A stretch of DNA of 64,000 nt from the human T2T-CHM13v2.0 reference genome, Homo sapiens, in assembly GCF_009914755.1 (NCBI RefSeq), contig NC_060925.1; one strand, 5' to 3'. Of this stretch, positions 14,401-26,776 are shown in pieces; position 1 is the stretch's first letter; each line of letters opens with the position of its first letter. A program made the position numbers and the translations under genes. The notes beneath the pieces are model-generated. The model was not told where the DNA came from, made no database searches, and saw only the letters and a program-made list of their open reading frames with translations.

Positions 14401-14900
14401 GAAACGAATGGAATTACCATGAAATTGAAATGGATGGACTCATCATCAAATGGATTCGAATGGAATCATCGAATAAAATTGATTGAAATCATCATCGAAT
14501 GGAATCGAATGGTATCATTGAATGGAATCGAATGGAATCATCATCAGATGGAAATGAATGGAATCGTCATAGAATGGAATCGAATGGATTCATTGAATGG
14601 AATCAGATGGAATCATTGAATGGACTGGAATGGAATCATTGAATGGACTCGAAAGGGATCATTATTGAATGGAATTGAATGGAATCATCGAATGGTCTCG
14701 ATTGGAATCATTATCAAATGGAATCGAATGGAATCACCGAATAGAATCGAATGGAACAATCATCGAATGGACTCAAATGGAATTATCCTCCAATGGAATG
14801 GAATGGAATTATCGAATGCAATCGAATGGAATTATCGAATGCAATCGAATAGAATCATCGAATGGACTCGAATGGAATCATCGAATGGAATGGAATGGAA
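643..14900. repeat. 4592-bp higher-order repeat, about 3 tandem copies (1776+1922+894)
   Basis: Identical landmarks recur at +4592: 2419/7011/11603, 3345/7937/12529, 4341/8933/13525, 5235/9827/14419. The private 1-bp deletion ggtcccgatgg recurs at ~2695/7287/11879. Confidence 0.95.
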
Positions 14901-15222
14901 CAGTCAATGAACTCGAATGGAATCATCATTGAATGGAATCGAATGGAATCATCGAGTGGAATCGAAAGGAATTATGACCAAATGGAATCGAATGTAATCA
15001 TCATCAAATGGAATCAAAAATAACCATCATCAATTGGTATTGAATGGAATTGTCATCAAATGGAATTCAAAGGAATCATCATCAAATGGAACCGAATGGA
15101 ATCCTCATTGAATGGAAATGAAAGGGGTCATCATCTAATGGAATCGCATGGAATCATCATCAAATGGAATCGAATGGAATCATCATCAAATGGAATCTAA
15201 TGGAATCATTGAACAGAATTGA

Positions 15223-17010
15223 ATGGAATCGTCATCGAATGAATTGAATGCAATCATCGAATGGTCTCGAATGGAATCATCTTCTAATGGAAAGGAATGG
15301 AATCATTGCATAGAATCGAGTGGAATTATCATCGAATGGAATCGAATGGTATCAACACCAAACGGAAAAAAACGGAATTATCGAATGGAATCGAAGAGAA
15401 TCTTCGAACGGACCCGAATGGAATCATCTAATGGAATTGAATGGAATAATCCATGGACTCGAATGCAATCATCATCGAATGGAATCGAATGGAATCATTG
15501 AATGGACTCGAATGGAATAATCATTGAACGGAATCGAATGGAATCATCATCGGATGGAAACGAATGGAATCATCATCGAATGGAAATGAAAGGAGTCATC
15601 ATCTAATGGAATTGCATGGAATCATCATAAAATGGAATCGAATGGAATCAACATCAAATGGAATCAAATGGAATCATTGAACGGAATTGAATGGAATCGT
15701 CATCGAATGAATTGAATGCAATCATCGAATGGTCTCGAATGGAATCATCTTCAAATGGAATGGAATGGAATCATCGCATAGAATCGAATGGAATTATCAT
15801 CGAATGGAATCGAATGGAATCAACATCAAACGGAAAAAAACGGAATTATCGAATGGAATCGAAGAGAATCATCGAATGGACCCGAATGGAATCATCTAAT
15901 GGAATGGCATGGAATAATCCATGGACACGAATGCAATCATCATCGAATGGAATCGAATGGAATCATCGAATGGACTCGAATGGAATAATCATTGAACGGA
16001 ATCGAATGGAATCATCATCGGATGGAAACGAATGGAATCATCATCGAATGGAAATGAAAGGAGTCATCATCTAATGGAATTGCATGGAATCATCATCAAA
16101 TGGAATCGAATGGAATCAACATCAAATGGAATCAAATGGAATCATTGAACGGAATTGAATGGAATCGTCATCGAATGAATTGAATGCAATCATCGAATGG
16201 TCTCGAATGCAATCATCTTCAAATGGAATGGAATGGAATCATCGCATAGAATCGAATGGAATTATCATCAAATGGAATCGAATGGTATCAACATAAAACG
16301 GAAAAAAACGGAATTATCGAATGGAATCGAAGAGAATCCTCGAACGGACCCGAATGGAATCATCTAATGGAATGGAATGGAATAATCCATGGAGTCGAAT
16401 GCAATCATCATCGAATGGAATCGAATGGAATCATCGAATGGACTCGAATGGAATAATCATTGAACGGAATCGAATGGAATCATCTTCGGATGGAAACGAA
16501 TGGAATCATCATGGAATGGAAATGAGAGGAATCATCATCTAATGGAATTGCATGGAATCATCATAAAATGGAATCGAATGGAATCAACATCAAATGGAAT
16601 CAAATGTAATCCTTGAACGGAATTGAATGGAATCGTCATCGAATGAATTGAATGCAATCATCGAATGGTCTCGAATGGAATCATCTTCAAATGGAATGGA
16701 ATGGAATCATCGCATAGAATCGAATGGCATTATCATCGAATGGAATCGAATGGAATCAACATCAAACGGAAAAAAACGGAATTATCGAATGGAATCGAAG
16801 AGAATCATCGAATGGACCCGAATGGAATCATCTAATGGAATGGAATGGAATAACCCATGGACTCGAATGCAATCATCATCGAATGGAATCGAATGGAATC
16901 ATCGAATGGACTCGAATGGAATAATCATTGAACGGAATCGAATGGAATCATCATCGGATGGAAATGAATGGAATCATCATCGAATGGTATCGAATAGAAT
17001 TATGGAATGA
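15223..17010. repeat. Four tandem 468-bp modules (2712-bp unit = 1308+3x468)
   Basis: Module starts at 15223, 15691, 16159 and 16627. Confidence 0.9.
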
Positions 17011-17934
17011 AATCCAGTGTGATCATCATCGAATGGACCCGAATGGAATCATCATCCATCGGAAGCAAATGGAATCAACATCGAATGAATCGAATGGAAA
17101 CACCATCGAATTGAAACGAATGGAATTATCATGAATTTGAAATGGATGGACTCATCATCGAATGGATTCGAATGGAATCATCGAATAAAATTGATTGAAA
17201 TCATCATCCAATGGAATCGAATGGTATCATTGAATGGAATCGAATGGAATCATCATCAGATGGAAATGAATGGAATCGTCATAGAATGGAATCGAATGGA
17301 TTCATTGAATGGAATCAGATGGAATCATCGAATGGACTGGAATGGAATCATTGAATGGACTCGAAAGGGATCATTATTGAATGGAATTGAATGGAATCAT
17401 CGAATGGTCTCGATTGGAATTATTATCAAATGGAATCGAATGGAATCACCGAATAGAATCGAATGGAACAATCATCGAATGGACTCAAATGGAATTATCC
17501 TCAAATGGAATCGAATGGAATTATCGAATGCAATCGAATGGAATTATCGAATGCAATCGAATAGAATCACCGAATGGACTCGAATGGAATCATCGAATGG
17601 AATGGAATGGAAAAGTCAATGAACACGAATGGAATCATCACTGAATGGAATCGAATGGAATCATCGAGTGGAATCGAATGGAATTATGATCAAATGGAAT
17701 CGAATGTAATCATCATCAAATGGAATCAAAAATAACCATCATCAATTGGTATTGAATGGAATTGTTATCAAATGGAATTCAAAGGAATCATCATCAAATG
17801 GAACTGAATGGAATCCTCATTGAATGGAAATGAAAGGGGTCATCATCTAATGGAATAGCATGGAATAATCATCAAATGGAATCGAATGGAATCATCATCA
17901 AATGGAATCTAATGGAAACATTGAACAGAATTGA

Positions 17935-19254
17935 ATGGAATCGTCATCGAATGAATTGAATGCAATCATCGAATGGTCTCGAATGGAATCATCTTCTAAT
18001 GGAAAGGAATGGAATCATCGCTTAGAATCGAATGGAATTAACATTGAATGGACTCGAATGAAATCAACATCAAATGGAATCAAGCGGAATTATCGAATGA
18101 AATCGAAGAGAATCATCGAATGGACTCGAATGGAATCATCTAATGGAATGGAATGGAATAATCCACGGACTCGAATGCAATCATCATAGTATAGAATCGA
18201 ACGGAATCATCGAATGGACTCGAATGGAATAACCATTGAACGGAATCGAATGTAATCATCATCGGATGGAAACGAATGGAATCATCATCGAATGGAAATG
18301 AAAGGAGTCATCATCTAATGGAATTGCATGGAATCATCATAAAATGGAATCGAATGGAATCATCATCAAATGGAATCAAATGGAAGCATTGAACGGAATT
18401 GAATGGAATCGTCATCGAATGAATTGAATGCAATCATCGAATGGTCTCGAATGGAATCATCTTCAAATGGAATGGAATGGAATCATCGCATACAATCGAA
18501 TGGAATTATCATCGAATGGAATCGAATGGTATCAACATCAAACGGAAAAAAACGGAATTACCGAATGGAATCGAAGAGAATCTTCGAACGGACCCGAATG
18601 GAATCATCTAATGGAATGGAATGGAATAATCCATGGACTCGAATGCAATCATCATCGAATGGAATCGAATGGAATCATCGAATGGACTCGAATGGAATAA
18701 TCATTGAACGGAATCGAATGGAATCATCATCGGATGGAAACGAATGGAATCATCATCGAATGGAAATGAAAGGAGTCATCATCTAATGGAATTGCATGGA
18801 ATCATCATAAAATGGAATCGAATGGAATCATCATCAAATGGAATCAAATGGAAGCATTGAACGGAATTGAATGGAATCGTCATCGAATGAATTGAATGCA
18901 ATCATCGAATGGTCTCGAATGGAATCATCTTCAAATGGAATGGAGTGGAATCATCGCATACAATCGAATGGAATTATCATCGAATGGAATCGAATGGTAT
19001 CAACATCAAACGGAAAAAAACGGAATTACCGAATGGAATCGAACAGAATCTTCGAACGGACCCGAATGGAATCATCTAATGGAATGGAATTGAATAATCC
19101 ATGGACTCGAATGCAATCATCATCGAATGGAATCGAATGGAATCATCGAATGGACTCGAATGGAATAATCATTGAACGGAATCGAATGGAATCATCATCG
19201 GATGGAAATGAATGGAATCATCATCGAATGGAATCGAATAGAATTATGGAATGA
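17935..19254. repeat. Three tandem 468-bp modules (2244-bp unit)
   Basis: Module starts at 17935, 18403 and 18871. The last two share the private variants gaagcattg, catacaatc and attaccg. Confidence 0.9.
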
Positions 19255-22200
19255 AATCCAGTGTGATCATCATCGAATGGACCCGAATGGAATCATCATC
19301 CAACGGAAGCTAATGGAATCAACATCGAATGAATCGAATGGAAACACCATCGAATTGAAACGAATGGAATTATCATGAAATTGAAATGGATGGACTCATC
19401 ATCGAATGGATTCGAATGGAATCATCGAATAAAATTGATTGAAATCATCATCCAATGGAATCGAATGGTATCATTGAATGGAATCGAATGGAATCATCAT
19501 CAGATGGAAATGAATGGAATCGTCATAGAATGGAATCGAATGGATTCATTGAATGGAATCAGATGGAATCATCGAATGGACTGGAATGGAATCATTGAAT
19601 GGACTCGAAAGGGATCATTATTGAATGGAATTGAATGGAATCATCGAATGGTCTCGATTGGAATCATTATCAAATGGAATCGAATGGAATCACCGAATAG
19701 AATCGAATGGAACAATCATCGAATGGACTCAAATGGAATTATCCTCCAATGGAATCGAATGGAATTATCGAATGCAATCGAATGGAATTATCGAATGCAA
19801 TCGAATAGAATCATCGGATGGACTCGAATGGAATCATCGCATGGAATGGAATGGAACAGTCAATGAACTCGAATGCAATCATCATTGAATGGAATCGAAT
19901 GGAATCATCGAGTGGAATCGAATGGAATTATGATCAAATGGAATCGAATGTAATCATCATCAAATGGAATCAAAAATAACCATCATCAATTGGTATTGAA
20001 TGGAATTGTCATCAAATGGAATTCAAAGGAATCATCATCAAATGGAACCGAATGGAATCCTCATTGAATGGAAATGAAAGGGGTCATCATCTAATGGAAT
20101 CGCATGGAATCATCATCAAATGGAATCGAATGCAATCATCATCAAATGGAATCTAATGGAATCATTGAACAGAATTGAATGGAATCGTCATCGAATGAAT
20201 TGAATGCAATCATCGAATGGTCTCGAATGGAATCATCTTCTAATGGAAAGGAATGGAATCATCGCATAGAATCGAATGGAATTATCATCGAATGGAATCG
20301 AATGGTATCAACACCAAACGGAAAAAAACGGAATTATCGAATGGAATCGAAGAGAATCTTCGAACGGACCCGAATGGAATCATCTAATGGAATGGAACGG
20401 AATAATCCATGGACTCGAATGCAATCATCATCGAATGGAATCGAATGGAATCATCGAATGGACTCGAATGGAATAATCATTGAACGGAATTGAATGGAAT
20501 CATCATCGGATGGAAACGAATGGAATCATCATCGAATGGAAATGAAAGGAGTCATCATCTAATGGAATTGCATGGAATCATCATAAAATGGAATCGAATG
20601 GAATCAACATCAAATGGAATCAAATGGAATAATTGAACGGAATTGAATGGAATCGTCATCGAATGAATTGAATGCAATCATCGAATGATCTAGAATGGAA
20701 TCATCTTCAAATGGAATGGAATGGAATCATCGCATAGAATCGAATGGAAGTATCATCGAATGGAATCGAATGGAATCAACATCAAACGGAAAAAAACGGA
20801 ATTATCGAATGGAATCGAAGAGAATCATCGAATGGACCCGAATGGAATCATCTAATGGAATGGAATGGAATAATCCATGGACTCGAATGCAATCATCATC
20901 GAATGGAATCGAATGGAATCATCGAATGGACTCGAATGGAATAATCATTGAACGGAATCGAATGGAATCATCAACGGATGGAAATGAATGGAATCATCAT
21001 CGAATGGAATCGAATAGAATTATGGAATGAAATCCAGTGTGATCATCATCGAATGGACCCGAATGGAATCATCATCCAACGGAATCTAATGGAATCAACA
21101 TCGAATGAATCGAATGGAAACACCATCGAATTGAAACGAATGGAATTATCATGAAATTGAAATGGATGGACTCATCATCGAATGGATTCGAATGGAATCA
21201 TCGAATAAAATTGATTGAAATCATCATCCAATGGAATCGAATGGTATCATTGAATGGAATCGAATGGAATCATCATCAGATGGAAATGAATGGAATCGTC
21301 ATAGAATGGAATCGAATGGATTCATTGAATGGAATCAGATGGAATCCTCGAATGGACTGGAATGGAATCATTGAATGGACTCGAAAGGGATCATTATTGA
21401 ATGGAATTGAATGGAATCATCGAATGGTCTCGATTGGAATCATTATCAAATGGAATCGAATGGAATCACCGAATACAATCGAATGGAACAATCATCGAAT
21501 GGACTCCAATGGAATTATCCTCAAATGGAATCGAATGGAATTATCGAATGCAATCGAATGGAATTATCGAATGCAATCGAATAGAATCATCGAATGGACT
21601 CGAATGGAATCATCGAATGGAATGGAATGGAACAGTCAATGAACTCGAATGGAATCATCATTGAATGGAATCGAATGGAATCATCGAGTGGAATCGAATG
21701 GAAATATGATCAAATGGAATCGAATATAATCATCATCAAATGGAATCAAAAATAACCATCATCAATTGGTATTGAATGGAATTCTCATCAAATGGAATTC
21801 AAAGGAATCATCATCAAATGGAACTGAATGGAATCCTCATTGAATGGAAATGAAAGGGGTCATCATCTAATGGAATCGCATGGAATCATCATCAAATGGA
21901 ATCGAATGGAATCATCATCAAATGGAATCTGATGGAATCATTGAACAGAATTGAATGGAATCGTCATCGAATGAATTGAATGCAATCATCGAATGGTCTC
22001 GAATGTAATCACATTCTAATGGAAAGGAATGGAATCATCGCATAGAATCGAATGGAATTAACATTGAATGGACTCGAATGGAATCAACATCAAACGGAAT
22101 CAAGCGGAATTATCGAATGGAATCGAAGAGAATCATCGAATGGTCTCGAATGGAATCATCTTCTAATGGAAAGGAATGGAATCATCGCATAGAATCGAAT

Positions 22201-25200
22201 GGAATTAACATTGAATGGACTCGAATGGAATCAACATCAAATGGAATCAAGCGGAATTATCGAATGAAATCGAAGAGAATCATCGAATGGACTCGAATGG
22301 AATCATCTAATGGAATGGAATGGAATAATCCACGGACTCGAATGCAATCATCATCGTATAGAATCGAATGGAATCATCGAATGGACTCGAATGGAATAAC
22401 CATTGAACGGAATCGAATGGAATCATCATCGGATGGAAACGAATGGAATCATCATCGAATGGAAATGAAAGGAGTCATCATCTAATGGAATTGCATGGAA
22501 TCATCATAAAATGGAATCGAATGGAATCATCATCAAATGGAATCAAATGGAAGCATTGAACGGAATTGAATGGAATCGTCATCGAATGAATTGAATGCAA
22601 TCATCGAATGGTCTCGAATGGAATCATCTTCAAATGGAATGGAGTGGAATCATCGCATACAATCGAATGGAATTATCATCGAATGGAATCGAATGGTATC
22701 AACATCAGACGGAAAAAAACGGAATTACCGAATGGAATCGAAGAGAATCTTCGAACGGACCCGAATGGAATCATCTAATGGAATGGAATGGAATAATCCA
22801 TGGACTCGAATGCAATCATCATCGAATGGAATCGAATGGAATCATCGAATGGACTCGAATGGAATAATCATTGAACGGAATCGAATGGAATCATCATCGG
22901 ATGGAAATGAATGGAATCATCATCGAATGGAATCGAATAGAATTATGGAATGAAATCCAGTGTGATCATCATCGAATGGACCCGAATGGAATCATCATCC
23001 AACGGAAGCTAATGGAATCAACATCGAATGAATCGAATGGAAACACCATCGAATTGAAACGAATGGAATTATCATGAAATTGAAATGGATGGACTCATCA
23101 TCGAATGGATTCGAATGGAATCATCGAATAAAATTGATTGAAATCATCATCCAATGGAATCGAATGGTATCATTGAATGGAATCGAATGGAATCATCATC
23201 AGATGGAAATGAATGGAATCGTCATAGAATGGAATCGAATGGATTCATTGATTGGAATCAGATGGAATCATCGAATGGACTGGAATGGAATCATTGAATG
23301 GACTCGAAAGGGATCATTATTGAATGGAATTGAATGGAATCATCGAATGGTCTCGATTGGAATCATTATCAAATGGAATCGAATGGAATCACCGAATAGA
23401 ATCGAATGGAACAATCATCGAATGGACTCAAATGGAATTATCCTCAAATGGAATCGAATGGAATTATCGAATGCAATCGAATGGAATTATCGAATGCAAT
23501 CGAATAGAATCATCGGATGGACTCGAATGGAATCATCGCATGGAATGGAATGGAACAGTCAATGAACTCGAATGGAATCATCATTGAATGGAATCGAATG
23601 GAATCATCGAGTGGAATCGAATGGAATTATGATCAAATGGAATCGAATGTAATCATCATCAAATGGAATCAAAAATAACCATCATCAATTGGTATTGAAT
23701 GGAATTGTCATCAAATGGAATTCAAAGGAATCATCATCAAATGGAACCGAATGGAATCCTCATTGAATGGAAATGAAAGGGGTCATCATCTAATGGAATC
23801 GCATGGAATCATCATCAAATGGAATCGAATGGAATCATCATCAAATGGAATCTAATGGAATCATTGAACAGAATTGAATGGAATCGTCATCGAATGAATT
23901 GAATGCAATCATCGAATGGTCTCGAATGGAATCATCTTCTAATGGAAAGGAATGGAATCATCGCATAGAATCGAATGGAATTATCATCGAATGGAATCGA
24001 ATGGTATCAACACCAAACGGAAAAAAACGGAATTATCGAATGGAATCGAAGAGAATCTTCGAACGGACCCGAATGGAATCATCTAATGGAATGGAACGGA
24101 ATAATCCATGGACTCGAATGCAATCATCATCGAATGGAATCGAATGGAATCATCGAATGGACTCGAATGGAATAATCATTGAACGGAATTGAATGGAATC
24201 ATCATCGGATGGAAACGAATGGAATCATCATCGAATGGAAATGAAAGGAGTCATCATCTAATGGAATTGCATGGAATCATCATAAAATGGAATCGAATGG
24301 AATCAACATCAAATGGAATCAAATGGAATAATTGAACGGAATTGAATGGAATCGTCATCGAATGAATTGAATGCAATCATCGAATGATCTAGAATGGAAT
24401 CATCTTCAAATGGAATGGAATGGAATCATCGCATAGAATCGAATGGAAGTATCATCGAATGGAATCGAATGGAATCAACATCAAACGGAAAAAAACGGAA
24501 TTATCGAATGGAATCGAAGAGAATCATCGAATGGACCCGAATGGAATCATCTAATGGAATGGAATGGAATAATCCATGGACTCGAATGCAATCATCATCG
24601 AATGGAATCGAATGGAATCATCGAATGGACTCGAATGGAATAATCATTGAACGGAATCGAATGGAATCATCAACGGATGGAAATGAATGGAATCATCATC
24701 GAATGGAATCGAATAGAATTATGGAATGAAATCCAGTGTGATCATCATCGAATGGACCCGAATGGAATCATCATCCAACGGAATCTAATGGAATCAACAT
24801 CGAATGAATCGAATGGAAACACCATCGAATTGAAACGAATGGAATTATCATGAAATTGAAATGGATGGACTCATCATCGAATGGATTCGAATGGAATCAT
24901 CGAATAAAATTGATTGAAATCATCATCCAATGGAATCGAATGGTATCATTGAATGGAATCGAATGGAATCATCATCAGATGGAAATGAATGGAATCGTCA
25001 TAGAATGGAATCGAATGGATTCATTGAATGGAATCAGATGGAATCCTCGAATGGACTGGAATGGAATCATTGAATGGACTCGAAAGGGATCATTATTGAA
25101 TGGAATTGAATGGAATCATCGAATGGTCTCGATTGGAATCATTATCAAATGGAATCGAATGGAATCACCGAATAGAATCGAATGGAACAATCATCGAATG

Positions 25201-26150
25201 GACTCCAATGGAATTATCCTCAAATGGAATCGAATGGAATTATCGAATGCAATCGAATGGAATTATCGAATGCAATCGAATAGAATCATCGAATGGACTC
25301 GAATGGAATCATCGAATGGAATGGAATGGAACAGTCAATGAACTCGAATGGAATCATCATTGAATGGAATCGAATGGAATCATCGAGTGGAATCGAATGG
25401 AAATATGATCAAATGGAATCGAATATAATCATCATCAAATGGAATCAAAAATAACCATCATCAATTGGTATTGAATGGAATTCTCATCAAATGGAATTCA
25501 AAGGAATCATCATCAAATGGAACTGAATGGAATCCTCATTGAATGGAAATGAAAGGGGTCATCATCTAATGGAATCGCATGGAATCATCATCAAATGGAA
25601 TCGAATGGAATCATCATCAAATGGAATCTGATGGAATCATTGAACAGAATTGAATGGAATCGTCATCGAATGAATTGAATGCAATCATCGAATGGTCTCG
25701 AATGTAATCACATTCTAATGGAAAGGAATGGAATCATCGCATAGAATCGAATGGAATTAACATTGAATGGACTCGAATGGAATCAACATCAAACGGAATC
25801 AAGCGGAATTATCGAATGGAATCGAAGAGAATCATCGAATGGTCTCGAATGGAATCATCTTCTAATGGAAAGGAATGGAATCATCGCATAGAATCGAATG
25901 GAATTAACATTGAATGGACTCGAATGGAATCAACATCAAATGGAATCAAGCGGAATTATCGAATGAAATCGAAGAGAATCATCGAATGGACTCGAATGGA
26001 ATCATCTAATGGAATGGAATGGAATAATCCACGGACTCGAATGCAATCATCATCGTATAGAATCGAATGGAATCATCGAATGGACTCGAATGGAATAACC
26101 ATTGAACGGAATCGAATGGAATCATCATCGGATGGAAACGAATGGAATCA
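18750..26150. repeat. 3699-bp tandem duplication (1776+1923), 2 copies
   Basis: Landmarks at +3699: 18871/22570, 19375/23074, 21151/24850, 22078/25777. A private XbaI site (tctaga) sits at 20689 and 24388. Confidence 0.95.
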
Positions 26151-26776
26151 TCATCGAATGGAAATGTAACGAGTCATCATCTAATGGAATTGCATGGAAT
26201 CATCATAAAATGGAATCGAATGGAATCATCATCAAATGGAATCAAATGGAATCATTGAACGGAATTGAATGGAATCGTCATCGAATGAATTGAATGCAAT
26301 CATCGAATGGTCTCGAATGGAATCATCTTCAAATGGAATGGAATGGAATCATCGCATAGAATCGAATGGAATTATCATCGAATGGAATCAAATGGTATCA
26401 ACATCAAACGGAAATAAACGGAATTATCGAATGGAATCGAAGAGAATCTTCGAACGGACCCGCATGGAATCATCTAATGGAATGGAATGGAATAATCCAT
26501 GGACTCGAATGCAATCATCATCGAATGGAATCGAATGGAATCATCGAATGGACTCGAATGGAATAATCAATCATTGAACGGAATCGAATGGAATCATCAT
26601 CGGATGGAAATGAATGGAATCATCATCGAATGGAATCGAATAGAATTATGGAATGAAATCCAGTGTGATCATCATCGAATGGACCCGAATGGAATCATCA
26701 TCCAACGGAAGCTAATGGAATCAACATCGAATGAATCGAATGGAAACACCATCAAATTGAAACGAATGGAATTATC

